A stretch of 64,000 nucleotides of DNA from Nitrospirota bacterium (GTDB lineage Bacteria; Nitrospirota; JACRHJ01). A program made the translations under genes and the position numbers. Below are positions 1 through 10,468 of the stretch, one piece after another; the first letter of the stretch is position 1, and each line of letters begins with the position of its first letter. The DNA is taken from assembly GCA_963845245.1 (NCBI GenBank), contig CAWJRJ010000016.1, positions 160,001 through 224,000 on the forward strand, written 5' to 3'. Under the pieces are notes generated by a model. It had not been told where the DNA came from and did not search any database. It saw only the letters and a list, made by a program, of their open reading frames with translations.

Positions 1-108
1 ACGGCTGAGATATCGGCGAAGCTCTTCGACAAGTCCTCCGACCAGTCTCTTGGACGGATCACGTTTGAACCGATGAGCAAGACAAGGATCACCGGGACGA
101 TAAAATGA
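1..108 (+). CDS. 3' end of a probable beta-helix (NosD-like) protein, partial
   Basis: Frame 1 is open from the window edge: TAEISAKLFDKSSDQSLGRITFEPMSKTRITGTIK*. It resembles the C-terminus of the next gene (IRRKIYDKEREDYIGKVIIEP), and its stop overlaps the next ATG (ATGA). Confidence 0.6.
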   Translation, partial: TAEISAKLFDKSSDQSLGRITFEPMSKTRITGTIK

Positions 109-921
109 AGTTTATCACCACAATAGCGCTTGCCGTACTTTCCATTGCCTTTGCGTCGCCATCGATGGCGCAGAGTCTGGCAAAGAGCGCGCGCTGGTCC
201 GGTACCGTAAAGGTGGAGGGCCAGCTTGTGGTTGAGAAAGGCGCGACACTCACCATCGAGCCGGGCACGAAGGTCGTGTTCCTGCCGGGCAAGCTGGACG
301 AGGAAGGGCTTGCGGATAGCGGGCTGCTGGTGAAGGGCACGATAGTAGCAAAAGGGATGCCCGGTAAGAGGATACTTTTCACCTCCGGGGCAAAGAATCC
401 CGCGCCCGGCGACTGGGGCGAGGTGAAGCTGCTCAATAGCACCGGCAGCGCATTCTCCAATTGTGACTTCCGGTTCGGCGGCTGGGGGCTCCACCTGCAC
501 GACAGCGACATAAAGGTTGATGGCTGCACCTTCTCTGACAACAGCTACGGCGGGGTGCGTGGTGATGGGTGGCAACGTCGAGATAACCGGCTGCACCCTA
601 AGCGGTATGGAAGTAGGAATACGCTACTGGAAGTCGAGCCCGTCCATACACCACAACACGATCATGAGGAACAAGACCGGCATATTCCTGCGGCAGGATG
701 CAGAGGGCGCGACGATAAGCTTCAACAACATTTACGCCAACACGGAATATGACATCAAGCTGGGCGACGGCCAGACCAAAGACGTCGACGCAAGCAGGAA
801 CTGGTGGGGGACGAAAGAGGTGTCCTACATCAGGCGCAAGATATACGACAAGGAACGCGAAGACTATATTGGAAAAGTGATTATCGAACCCGTGCTGCCT
901 CAGAAGGTGGCGCTGCCTTAA
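105..921 (+). CDS. Secreted right-handed parallel beta-helix (NosD-like) protein, one frameshift near 560
   Basis: Joins ORFs 105..752 and 517..921. Signal peptide, GATLTIEPGT, PGDWG, repeated I..N.I..N..GI units and a NWWG motif. Confidence 0.75.
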
Positions 922-932
922 AAGAGGAGTTT

Positions 933-1244
933 ATGCGGAACATCAGGAGGAACCCGGACGTCGTATGGCGCGAGGAGGAAGAAGCACGGCAGGAGATAAT
1001 AAACGCGATGGAGCGCGGCGAGGACGCCTCGTCCGAAGGTACGGTGCTCCTCATCGTCTCGGGCATGATGCACCAGCTCAACATCCTCGGCGGCGAGATA
1101 TGGAAGCTTGCGGACGGCCGGGACGAGGATGCAATTATAGACGAACTCATGCAGGTGTTCGATGTAGACAGGGAGACGCTTTCAACAGACGTCCATGCGT
1201 TTCTTGAGGATATAAGCAACAGAGGTTGGATCAGCCATGAGTGA
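933..1244 (+). CDS. PqqD-family (RiPP recognition element-like) protein, GeoRSP-type
   Basis: GAGGAG RBS before ATG 933; LNILGGEIWKLADG...IIDELMQVFDVDRETLSTDVHAFLEDI..RGWI is a typical PqqD signature; overlaps the radical SAM start. Confidence 0.85.
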   Translation: MRNIRRNPDVVWREEEEARQEIINAMERGEDASSEGTVLLIVSGMMHQLNILGGEIWKLADGRDEDAIIDELMQVFDVDRETLSTDVHAFLEDISNRGWISHE

Positions 1245-2246
1245 CAAACAAAGGATACCTTCCGCGCCCATCACGATAAACTGGACGCTCACGTTTCGGT
1301 GCAACTTCAACTGCATGCACTGCTACTCCCGCGTGGAGAAGGCCGAGGAGCTAGACACCGCGCAGGTGAAAGAGATAATGCGCAAGGTCGCGGTCTACAA
1401 GGTCCCGTTCATAAACTACGGCGGCGGCGAGCCGCTTCTGCGCAAGGACCTCTTCGAGCTTACGGAGTATGCGACCTCGCTCGGCTACAACGTGTCCATG
1501 AACACGAACGCCTTCCTCATGACCAAGGAGAAGGCGAAGAAGGCGCAGCGAGTCCGGCTTCAAGACGGTCGGCATATCCATCGACAGCACAGACCCGGAA
1601 GTCCACGACCGCTTCCGCAACACGCCCGGCAGCCACAAGAAGGCGGTCCAGGCGGCGAAGTGGCTTACGCGACGAGGGCGTGCGGCTCACCATCTCCTCG
1701 GTCATATGCAGGATAAACTTCCACGAGTTCGAGAAGCTAGTCCAGCAGGCCAAGGACCTGGGCGCGGAGCAGATATCGCTGCACAACTACAAATGCACCG
1801 GCAAGGGCATGCAGAACAAGGACGAGCTCGACCTCACGCCTGAGGAGTGGCAGGACTTCTACATGAAGGCGCTCGCGTTCAAGTCCGCGGAGAAGGACAT
1901 CCGCATATCGTTCGACGACCCCATCACCGCGTCCATACACAAGGCCCCGGAGAATACGATCGTCAAGGGCAGCACCTGCGGCAAGCTCTCGCTCAACATC
2001 CGCGCGAACGGCGACGTCACGCCCTGCGGCTTCATACCCGTCGTCATAGGCAACCTCCTGGTGGACGACCTCAAGGACCTCTGGGACGGCTCGAAGGTTC
2101 TGGAGCGGATGCGCAACAAGAAGCCCAAGGAGAAGTGCCTCACCTGCAAGCATTACGAGGACTGCCTGGGCGGCTGCACCGCGCGCGCATATGCCACCAC
2201 CGGCGACTTCGACTCGCCCGACCCGCACTGCTGGGTAGGGAAGTAG
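1237..2246 (+). CDS. Radical SAM/SPASM-domain protein (GeoRSP-like), two frameshifts near 1545 and 1668
   Basis: CNFNCMHC (CxxxCxxC), GGGEPLL, GISIDS..PEVHDRFR in the bridging frame, and SPASM cysteines CGKLS..GDVTPC and CLTCKHYEDCLGGC..DPHC. Confidence 0.9.
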
Positions 2247-2296
2247 CATGACGGCTGGGTCTTACACGGCTGACCAAAAATAAAGGGTTACTAGCT

Positions 2297-3484
2297 TTGG
2301 ATACTTGGATTAAAGAATATATAAACTATCTTAACAACGCACAGCTTTCTGAAGCGTATGACCTAAAGAGAAACCATCTTCCTGATAAAATATTCAGATA
2401 CCGGCCAGTCAATAAACACGCTTTAGATAATTTAAAAACTGATACCACATGGTTATGCTCCCCGCGTGAATATAACGACCCTTACGATTCCGCATTTACA
2501 TTTGATTTTGAACGAATTAATCGGGCTACAGTCAACTCATTGTTTGCAAATGTTACTGGTTTTTCAGAAGAAGATATTGAAACAATAAAATCAAATCATG
2601 ACCCGTTGGGCGAACTCTTAATATTATTACTTAGAAAAAAACTTCCGCAAACTAACATACCTGACGATTTTCTCGAACAATGGCTAGCGATATTTAAAAA
2701 AGCCGTTAGGCGATATTACGAAAAATTAATTGAATCAATGAATCGTAGTAATCATGAGAAGCTAAGGCTTTGTTCATTTAGCTCATCACGTTCTTCTATA
2801 GTAATGTGGGCGCATTACGCTAGAAACCACGAGGGTTTCTGTATTGAATATGATTTGACAGCTCTTAATCCAGATGATGAACGTAAACGAAAATTATTCC
2901 CTGTTATTTATTCAGATATATTATGCGATCTTTCTCACGCCATTGAATTCATACTTCAAAATATCACTGCGACAGTTATTAATGATATTGCAACTGTGAT
3001 AAATAAAGGCGAGGGACTGACGTTTGACTTTGTTGACACAAAAGAACTTAATGATTATGATAAGATAGAAAAAATAGGTATAGGTTCCCTTCTGATACCG
3101 TTATATAAATCGAAAGAATGGTATTATGAGAGAGAGTGGCGTTTATTAAACATTAGTGACTCATCAAATACCGACCAAAATTATTCAATGCCCACTCCCA
3201 GTGTAATTTATCTAGGCGCCAGGATGAGCGAAGATGATAAGAAATTAATATCAGATATTGCTGCTTCAAAGAATATAGACATTTTTCAAATGAAGCTATC
3301 TAAATTTGAATTTAAACTCCTTGAAGATAAAGCAGGTGCAGGCGAATTGTCGCCTCTTGAACAGATGAACTATGAGGTTGAGCAAGAGCTTATCCCTGCG
3401 TTAAGGGACAAAATGCAAGAAATGCCAAGTGTAAGCCAAGTCGCCTTTTCAGATGGTACAGGTCCTTCCATATCTTCTTCCTAA
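2297..3484 (+). CDS. DUF2971-domain protein, AT-rich
   Basis: YNDPYDS, CSFS....SIVMWAHYARNHEGFCIEY and KSKEWYYEREWR motifs; composition visibly more AT-rich than the flanks. Confidence 0.75.
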   Translation: MDTWIKEYINYLNNAQLSEAYDLKRNHLPDKIFRYRPVNKHALDNLKTDTTWLCSPREYNDPYDSAFTFDFERINRATVNSLFANVTGFSEEDIETIKSNHDPLGELLILLLRKKLPQTNIPDDFLEQWLAIFKKAVRRYYEKLIESMNRSNHEKLRLCSFSSSRSSIVMWAHYARNHEGFCIEYDLTALNPDDERKRKLFPVIYSDILCDLSHAIEFILQNITATVINDIATVINKGEGLTFDFVDTKELNDYDKIEKIGIGSLLIPLYKSKEWYYEREWRLLNISDSSNTDQNYSMPTPSVIYLGARMSEDDKKLISDIAASKNIDIFQMKLSKFEFKLLEDKAGAGELSPLEQMNYEVEQELIPALRDKMQEMPSVSQVAFSDGTGPSISSS

Positions 3485-3586
3485 TAAAGTTGTTATTGTT
3501 TAGTTCTTCGGAAGCCGCCTTCATTTGCAAATTTCCTTCATTAGTATTATGATACCCCTGCGTCTTTATAACAGGAGGATTGGATT

Positions 3587-4477
3587 ATGAATTTCAAAAA
3601 GTTGGTTTTCTTATTAACGGGTGTCATTGCACTCTCAATGCTTACGTGTCCTGCGCGACGGGGCCTGCCGTCCAGCCGCAGCCCCATACCAAGGCGAAGG
3701 TCGCGCTGGTGCTTGGCGCGGGCGCATCCAGGGGTTTCGCGCACATAGGCGTCATAAAGGTGCTTGAGGCCAACGGCGTGCCTGTCAATATGGTTGTCGG
3801 CACGAGCGCCGGGAGCTTCGTGGGCAGCCTTTACGCATCCGGCATGGACGGCTATGCGCTCCAGAGGCTTGCCTTAGGCATTCAGAAGAGCGACATAGCG
3901 GACTTCGGCATCCCCGACAACGGCTTCATAAAAGGCGAACTCCTTGCAGGCATTCGTAAACAAACAGGTGAAGAACCTCCCTATGGAGAAGCTGAAGCTG
4001 CCGTTCTATGCCGTCGCTACGAACATCCAGACCGGCAAGGAGATGGTGTTCGGCAGGGGCAACACGGGCACGGCGGTGCGGGCAAGCTGCTCCATCCCCG
4101 GCGTGTTCAGGCCGGTTGTTTTGGGTGGCCAGATGTTCGTTGACGGCGGCGTGGTCAGCCCGATCGCCATCGACGCGGCAAGGAGGCAGGGCGCGGACAT
4201 CGTGATCGCGGTGGACATTTCCTCAGACCTTGACCGCTCCCAGCCCGACGGCACGGTGGCCACGATACTCCAGAGCGTGAACATCATGTACTCGAAGATC
4301 TCCGAGAACCAGCTCCCGCGTGCGGATGTGGTAATAAGGCCAAAGGTGGGTGCCATCGGCTCGGCCGATTTCGACAAGAGGCACGAGGCTATAATGGAAG
4401 GCGAGAAGGCCGCAAACGAGGCAATGCCCAAGATAAAAGAATTGATGGACAAGCTGAAACAGGCGGGCAGACTCTAA
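3587..4477 (+). CDS. Patatin-like phospholipase, probable lipoprotein; frameshifts near 3648 and 3947
   Basis: [21 protein letters not shown] nucleophile elbow, DGG motif; AGGAGG RBS and a hydrophobic N-terminus followed by SCATG. Confidence 0.85.
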
Positions 4478-4521
4478 AAGATAACTGGCAATAAAATCTG
4501 GGAATCATCGAGGAGAGAAAT

Positions 4522-4929
4522 ATGGAAGAAAGTAGTGTCAAGAACTGGCATCAAACCCATAAAGCTTCTTTAACAACCGGGCAACGTATTGCAGACAAAG
4601 TAGCTTCATATATGGGTTCGTGGAGCTTCATTATTTTACAAAGCGTTCTGGTTTTCTTATGGATGGTTTTAAATATCTTTGCCTATGCCTCTCATTGGGA
4701 CCCGTACCCGTTCATACTTTTAAACCTGCTGTTCTCCACACAGGCCGCATATGCCGCGCCGATTATTATGATGGCACAGAACCGTCAAAATGAAAGAGAC
4801 AGGCATCAGGCTGATGCGGATTATGCGATTAATTTAAAGGCGGAAAATGAAGTCAAATCAATCCTTAAGCATCTGGAAGAACAAAATGAGCTTATTTTAA
4901 AGATTCTTAGTAAACTGGAAAGCAGATAA
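4522..4929 (+). CDS. DUF1003 membrane protein
   Basis: GQRIAD..A..MGSW.FI and WDPYPFILLNLLFSTQAAYAAPIIMMAQNRQ signature. Confidence 0.9.
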   Translation: MEESSVKNWHQTHKASLTTGQRIADKVASYMGSWSFIILQSVLVFLWMVLNIFAYASHWDPYPFILLNLLFSTQAAYAAPIIMMAQNRQNERDRHQADADYAINLKAENEVKSILKHLEEQNELILKILSKLESR

Positions 4930-4968
4930 AACAGTTAATCCGGCAGACGAACTGTCATGGTGACTGGC

Positions 4969-5904
4969 CTATGCCAGAACCCCTTTCACGATAACGTCCA
5001 CCGCCTCCTCAGGCGAAAGCCCGTGGGCCATCAGTGTCTCCAACTGTTTTTTGTCCACGCTGCCTATGGCCGCCTCGTGTGTCACCTTTGCAAGCGGGTT
5101 TGTCACGTTAACAATCGGTATGGCCTTTGCCACCGCATGGCCCGTCACGATCTCCATGCAGTCAACGTGGCCCCTCGCGCCCTCGGCGTTCCCTTCCGTT
5201 ATGCCGGTCACGACTGCGGACGCCTCGCCCTCAAGCGCTATCCTGGTCTTTATCAGGCTTTTGGCCCGCTTTCCGTCAAGGGCCACACTTTCCTTTATCT
5301 TTATGTCATCCTTGCCGTGGCCAAACACCCTTGCCGTCATTTCCGCCATCGCGTCCTCGCCCGCCTCGACGGTGTAATCTATATCAAGCACGCCGACCCT
5401 CCCCGTCGTCAGGCTGAAGTCAGAGAAGTAGCTGCCTCCCTTCTCCACCACAACCGACGCCTTCGGTATGACCACCACGCCCCCGTACTCCCCGTGGTAA
5501 TGGGTCTCTGAATAATGCATCTGTGCGTCCTCGCCCACATTCACCTTGGCGTCCATGGCGTGGCGGACCTTCTCCGCCCCGGGAAACATGCAGTGGGCGA
5601 TGAAATGCGCGGACGAGCCGCGCTCAAGCCGCACGTCCATCACTATCTCCTGAGAACCCGTCTTGTGGAGTATGCCGAAGCACATATGGACAGGTTTGGT
5701 AAGGTGTACCCCTTCCAGTACCCGCACCTTCGCGCTGATGCCCCCGGGAGTCTCTTTTGCGTCCACCTCAAGCCCCTCCACGGACCTTGAGCTGAGTATC
5801 CTGTTGTCGCTCACCACAAGGTGCGCAATCTCCTCGTCGTCAAGGATCGCCCTGTCACCCTCAAGCATAGTGTATGACTCCATCAACTGGTCAAGTTCTG
5901 ACAT
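4969..5904 (-). CDS. SufB/SufD-family Fe-S scaffold protein (SMS-type SmsB-like)
   Basis: PVHMCFG, ARGHVDCMEIV, AIPIVNVTNPLAKVTHEAAIGSVDKKQLETLMAHGL; a single short SufBD gene with no sufS/sufE nearby. Confidence 0.85.
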   Translation of the reverse strand: MSELDQLMESYTMLEGDRAILDDEEIAHLVVSDNRILSSRSVEGLEVDAKETPGGISAKVRVLEGVHLTKPVHMCFGILHKTGSQEIVMDVRLERGSSAHFIAHCMFPGAEKVRHAMDAKVNVGEDAQMHYSETHYHGEYGGVVVIPKASVVVEKGGSYFSDFSLTTGRVGVLDIDYTVEAGEDAMAEMTARVFGHGKDDIKIKESVALDGKRAKSLIKTRIALEGEASAVVTGITEGNAEGARGHVDCMEIVTGHAVAKAIPIVNVTNPLAKVTHEAAIGSVDKKQLETLMAHGLSPEEAVDVIVKGVLA

Positions 5905-6613
5905 TCGCACACACCCCGCCCTCACATAACATGCATTTCATGGATTTATAGTATTCCGAGACGGTCCCTGGCAGTCCGGAACAAACCACCCTGCCTCCGC
6001 ACAGCAGGCAAGCCTTGTCCGCAATGCGGGATATCTCCTCCCTGTGGGTGATAAGCAGTACGGCCGCGCCGTTATCCCTCAGTGTGTTGACTACGTTTAT
6101 GATGTCCCCGGTAGAGAGCATGTCGATTCCGGAATCCGGCTCGTCGAGGATTGCGAGCCTCGGTTTCAGGGCAAGGATCGAGGCAAGCTCTATCCTCTTT
6201 CTTTCCCCGCCGCTAAGGGATTTGTCCGCCATCCTGCCCAGGTACCGCTCAGGGGAGAGCCCGACCATCTCAAGGCAATGGGCAGGGTCGCTGTCCTTAC
6301 TGTTAAGTGTGAGATAAGTCTTGACGGGGATACCCTCGAATCTCACAGGCTCCTGCCATGCCATCGTGATTCCTAGCTGAGCCCTTTCATAAATGCCCAG
6401 TGAGGTGATGCTGTTGCCGTCGAATAATATGTCACCTGCTGAAGGCCGGTAGCCCTCGCATCCCATTATCAGGCACGCGATGGTTGTCTTCCCCGTGCCG
6501 TTTGAACCGAGGATCGCCTGCACCTCACGTTCCCCGATATCAAGGTCAAGCTCGTCCAGGATCATCTTGTTGCCAGCCCGGAATGCAACTTTTTTCAGTA
6601 GAAGCAGTGCCAT
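5891..6613 (-). CDS. sufC: SufC-like ABC ATPase (SMS-type SmsC-like)
   Basis: Walker A GSNGTGKTT, LSGGERKRIEL, ILDEPDSGID, and a C-terminal Cys tail CMLCEGGVC; overlaps the scaffold gene. Confidence 0.85.
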   Translation of the reverse strand: MALLLLKKVAFRAGNKMILDELDLDIGEREVQAILGSNGTGKTTIACLIMGCEGYRPSAGDILFDGNSITSLGIYERAQLGITMAWQEPVRFEGIPVKTYLTLNSKDSDPAHCLEMVGLSPERYLGRMADKSLSGGERKRIELASILALKPRLAILDEPDSGIDMLSTGDIINVVNTLRDNGAAVLLITHREEISRIADKACLLCGGRVVCSGLPGTVSEYYKSMKCMLCEGGVCANVRT

Positions 6614-6713
6614 GAGATAAATAGTCTCCGTTATCCATTCCCAGACGCCATGCAATCAAGTATATCAAATTTCATCCAATAAGCCATGTTTGATGATGCA
6701 ACGCAAATTATAC

Positions 6714-6760
6714 TTGACAACACTATGTGTCTTGGCTAACATATAAGTATCTATTTATAT
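6714..6760 (+). promoter_or_regulatory. sigma70-like promoter with putative ArsR operator
   Basis: TTGACA (6714) -17 bp- TAACAT (6737), overlapped by the inverted repeat ATATAA-N8-TTATAT (6741-6760) just upstream of the arsR RBS. Confidence 0.65.
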
Positions 6761-6773
6761 ATAGGAGCCCTCA

Positions 6774-7133
6774 ATGGAAAAACTGTCCGCATATTTCAAG
6801 GCCCTCTCAGACGAGACGCGCCTCCGTATTTTGAAGCTCCTCGAAGACGGGGAACTCTGCGTCTGCGACATCACCGCAGCGCTTCAAATGACCCAGCCCA
6901 ACATATCGTTTCATTTATCGATCCTTAAAGAAGCCGGGCTGATAAAAGACAGAAAAGAAGGCCGGTGGAACCATTACCAGTTGGACTTAACTGATATAAT
7001 GAACCGGGTCGTCCTGCCTACGTCCCTATCCCGCATCGATGGCGCGAAGGTGGCCGAGGACCGGGAGAGGCTTGTAAAGTTCAAGAATGAGAAGTCCTCA
7101 GTAAGGTGCTGCACCGCCAAGGCGGCCGAATAA
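6774..7133 (+). CDS. arsR: ArsR/SmtB arsenite-responsive repressor
   Basis: [19 protein letters not shown] metal-binding box, HTH, and a C-terminal CC pair; first gene of the ars cluster. Confidence 0.92.
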   Translation: MEKLSAYFKALSDETRLRILKLLEDGELCVCDITAALQMTQPNISFHLSILKEAGLIKDRKEGRWNHYQLDLTDIMNRVVLPTSLSRIDGAKVAEDRERLVKFKNEKSSVRCCTAKAAE

Positions 7134-7143
7134 AGGAGAACAA

Positions 7144-8217
7144 ATGGGCATCTCGGGCAGGCTCTCTTTCCTTGACAGGTTCCTCACCCTCTGGATATTC
7201 CTTGCGATGGCGGCGGGAGTGGCATCCGGGTATTTCCACCTCGGCTGGGTTGACTACATAACCCGCTTCCAGGTGGGCACCACGTCTATCCCCATCGCCG
7301 CCGGGCTTATACTTATGATGTACCCGCCGCTCGCGAAGGTGCGATACGAGGAGATGGGCCGGATATTCAGGGACAGGAAGGTCGTCGGCCTCTCGCTCGT
7401 CCAGAACTGGATCGTCGGCCCGGTGTTCATGTTCCTGCTCGCCGTAATCTTCCTGCGCGGTTACCCCGAGTACATGGTCGGCCTCATAATGATAGGTCTT
7501 GCCCGCTGCATCGCGATGGTCATCGTATGGAACGACCTGGCCTGCGGGGACAGGGAGTACGCCGCCGGGCTGGTCGCCTTCAACTCCATATTCCAGGTGC
7601 TGTTCTTCTCGGTATACGCATGGTTCTTCATCACATACCTTCCGCCGATGTTCGGGCTGTCCGGCACGGTTGTCGAAATCAGCATGGCCCAGATCGCCAA
7701 AAGCGTCTTCATATACCTGGGCATCCCGTTCATCGCGGGTATGCTTACGCGTTTCGTATTCCTCAAGCTCAAGGGCCGCGAGTGGTACGAGAGGGAGTTC
7801 GTCCCGCGCATCAGCCCGATCACCCTTATCGCCCTCCTTTTCACCATAGTCGTGATGTTCTCGCTCAAGGGCGAGTACATAGTGCGCCTCCCGCTGGACG
7901 TCCTGAGGGTTGCCGTCCCGCTCCTGATCTACTTTATCGTCATGTTCCTCGTCTCCTTCTATATGAGCTGGAAGGTCGGCGCGACCTACGAGCAGTCAGC
8001 CACGCTCTCCTTTACCGCCGCCTCGAACAACTTCGAGCTTGCAATAGCAGTTGCCGTAGCGGTCTTCGGCATAAACTCCGGCGCGGCCTTCGCGGCCGTG
8101 ATAGGCCCGCTTGTGGAGGTTCCGGTGCTGATAGGGCTCGTTAACGTCTCGCTGTACTTTCAGAAGAGGTATTTCGGCCCTGCACGTTGCAAGGTAGCAG
8201 GTCTTAAGACTAATTAA
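7144..8217 (+). CDS. acr3: Acr3-family arsenite efflux permease
   Basis: [50 protein letters not shown]. Confidence 0.95.
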   Translation: MGISGRLSFLDRFLTLWIFLAMAAGVASGYFHLGWVDYITRFQVGTTSIPIAAGLILMMYPPLAKVRYEEMGRIFRDRKVVGLSLVQNWIVGPVFMFLLAVIFLRGYPEYMVGLIMIGLARCIAMVIVWNDLACGDREYAAGLVAFNSIFQVLFFSVYAWFFITYLPPMFGLSGTVVEISMAQIAKSVFIYLGIPFIAGMLTRFVFLKLKGREWYEREFVPRISPITLIALLFTIVVMFSLKGEYIVRLPLDVLRVAVPLLIYFIVMFLVSFYMSWKVGATYEQSATLSFTAASNNFELAIAVAVAVFGINSGAAFAAVIGPLVEVPVLIGLVNVSLYFQKRYFGPARCKVAGLKTN

Positions 8218-8252
8218 ATTGCCTGAAATTCGATGTAAACGGGAGGAATACC

Positions 8253-8594
8253 ATGAAAATTGAAATCTACGACCCGGCACTTTGCTGTTCCTCGGGCCTC
8301 TGCGGGCCAAGCCCGGACCCTGTCCTTATAAAGATGAACGACGCCGTACTTGCCCTGAAAAAGCAGGGCGTGGAGGTCGAGAGGTTCAACCTCGCGCAGC
8401 AGCCCAAGGCATTCATGGCGAACAAGGGAGTCGCCGACCTGCTTCACAATAATGGGAAGAAGATACTGCCTATAACTGTGGTCAACGGAGAGATATTCAA
8501 GGCCGAGGGCTACCCGGCATATGAAGAGTTATGCGAGAAGTTGGGCATAGAGCCGCTTAAGGCCGTCCGTCCGTTAACTCTAAGGGGAATATGA
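8253..8594 (+). CDS. arsD: Arsenite metallochaperone ArsD
   Basis: IEIYDPALCCSSGLCGP, RFNLAQQP..F, LPITVVNG..GYP. Confidence 0.93.
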   Translation: MKIEIYDPALCCSSGLCGPSPDPVLIKMNDAVLALKKQGVEVERFNLAQQPKAFMANKGVADLLHNNGKKILPITVVNGEIFKAEGYPAYEELCEKLGIEPLKAVRPLTLRGI

Positions 8595-10405
8595 CTATGC
8601 CAAAATATGTATTTTTCTCCGGCAAAGGCGGTGTCGGCAAGACTACGATGGCCACCTCTACCGCCGTCCATTATGCGCTTGAGGGGAAAAAAACGCTTAT
8701 TGTCACGACCGACCCGGCGTCCAACCTCGCCGATGTCTTCGAGCAGGAGATAGGGCACAAGGTTACTCCAATAATACACATGGACAACCTTTATGCTATG
8801 GAGATAGACCCGGACGAGGCGACGAGGGAATACAAGGAAGGCATTATCGGCCCGTTCAGGGAAGTCATGCCGGAAGACGTTATCGCGTCCATGGAAGAGA
8901 ACCTGAGCGGCCCCTGTACCACCGAGATGGCGTCCTTCGACAGGTTCATAGACTTCATGGAGGACGACGATTACGATATCATAATATTCGATACCGCCCC
9001 CACAGGCCACACAATAAGGTTGCTTGAGCTACCGGTTGATTGGTCCAAGCACATCGAGGAGGCCTCGAAAGGGAGTGGACAGACCTGTCTTGGGCCGGTC
9101 CAGTCCATCCAGGATTCCAAGGACAAGTATGACCGGGCGACAGCCCTTCTGAAGGACCCTGAAAAAACTACTTTCATATTCGTCATGCGGCCCGAGGAGC
9201 TTTCGCTCTATGAGACGCTAAGGGCTTCCAAGGAGCTTGAGACCATAGGCATCAAGTCGGGCGAGATTATCATCAACGGTATATTGCCTCTGGAGGTCTG
9301 CAAGGCCGAGTTCTTCAAGAAGAAATATTGCAGGCAGCAGGTTGTGATGAAAAAGGCGGAAGATACTATTGACAAGCCAAAACGCTATATGCTCCTCAGG
9401 GACAACGAGGTCAAGGGCGTCGAGGCGCTGAAAAGCGTGGCGGATGAACTGTTTTATGGCAAAAAAACGACCCTCGGCGCAGGTGGCAGGACATTATCTC
9501 TGCCGGAATCGACCATAGAAAGCCCCGATATAGACGCCCTTTTTCTGCCTGAAAGCGGGGCTAAGGCTTTGTTTTTCACAGGCAAGGGAGGGGTTGGCAA
9601 AACAACCATTTCCTGTATAGTTGCGTTGTATATTGCACAAAAGGGTTTTAAAACCCTTATAGTGACTACCGACCCTGCGGCACACCTCGGAGAAGTATTT
9701 GATGTCAAGGTGGGAAGCAAGCCGACAGAGATAACCAGCAACCTCCATGCGGTGATGATAGACCAGGTTGAAGCGTTCAACGAATACAAGGAACAGGTAC
9801 TTGAAGAGGCAAGGGGTAAGTATTCGGAGGACATGGTTGCCGCAATGGGAGAAGAACTGAACTCTCCATGCACGGAAGAGATGGCTGCCTTCGACAAGTT
9901 TGCCCAGTACATCGAGAGCAGAGACTATGATGTAGTCGTATTCGATACCGCCCCAACCGGTCACACGTTACGTCTCCTTGACCTGCCGTTCGATTATGCA
10001 AAGCAGGTCGAGATGATGGTTGCTACCAGCGAGAGTGCCGGGCTGAAAGAAACGTCGCAAAAGCGATTTGGTAAAATCATCCAGACCCTTAGAGACAAGC
10101 GAACAGTCTTCAGTGTCGTCCTGTACCCTGAATCCACGCCGATAATGGAATCTTACCGCGCTATGCTGGATTTGAAGGAAGCGGGCATTGAGACACAGTT
10201 GGTCGTTGCCAATATGGTACTGCCGGAAGGTGCGTGCTCGAATGATTTTCTTTCTAACCGGCGGCAAATGCAGCTTAAGTACCTGAATGAGATCAAGGAG
10301 AGGTTCAACCTGCCGTTGCTTCAGTTCCCGTTGATGCAGGAGGAGATCAAGGGGCTTGACCGGCTGAAGGAGGCGGGCGCAGTCTTGCAAGGGTTGAAAC
10401 GGTAG
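8591..10405 (+). CDS. arsA: Arsenite-stimulated ATPase ArsA
   Basis: Two halves, each with GKGGVGKTT, TDPA, PCT.EMA.FD and DTAPTGHT; overlaps arsD. Confidence 0.93.
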   Translation: MTMPKYVFFSGKGGVGKTTMATSTAVHYALEGKKTLIVTTDPASNLADVFEQEIGHKVTPIIHMDNLYAMEIDPDEATREYKEGIIGPFREVMPEDVIASMEENLSGPCTTEMASFDRFIDFMEDDDYDIIIFDTAPTGHTIRLLELPVDWSKHIEEASKGSGQTCLGPVQSIQDSKDKYDRATALLKDPEKTTFIFVMRPEELSLYETLRASKELETIGIKSGEIIINGILPLEVCKAEFFKKKYCRQQVVMKKAEDTIDKPKRYMLLRDNEVKGVEALKSVADELFYGKKTTLGAGGRTLSLPESTIESPDIDALFLPESGAKALFFTGKGGVGKTTISCIVALYIAQKGFKTLIVTTDPAAHLGEVFDVKVGSKPTEITSNLHAVMIDQVEAFNEYKEQVLEEARGKYSEDMVAAMGEELNSPCTEEMAAFDKFAQYIESRDYDVVVFDTAPTGHTLRLLDLPFDYAKQVEMMVATSESAGLKETSQKRFGKIIQTLRDKRTVFSVVLYPESTPIMESYRAMLDLKEAGIETQLVVANMVLPEGACSNDFLSNRRQMQLKYLNEIKERFNLPLLQFPLMQEEIKGLDRLKEAGAVLQGLKR

Positions 10406-10468
10406 TGAAGTTGTAAATGTCGTTACATTTAATCGGCTACATATTCAACGCGGTACTGTGAGGTAAAT

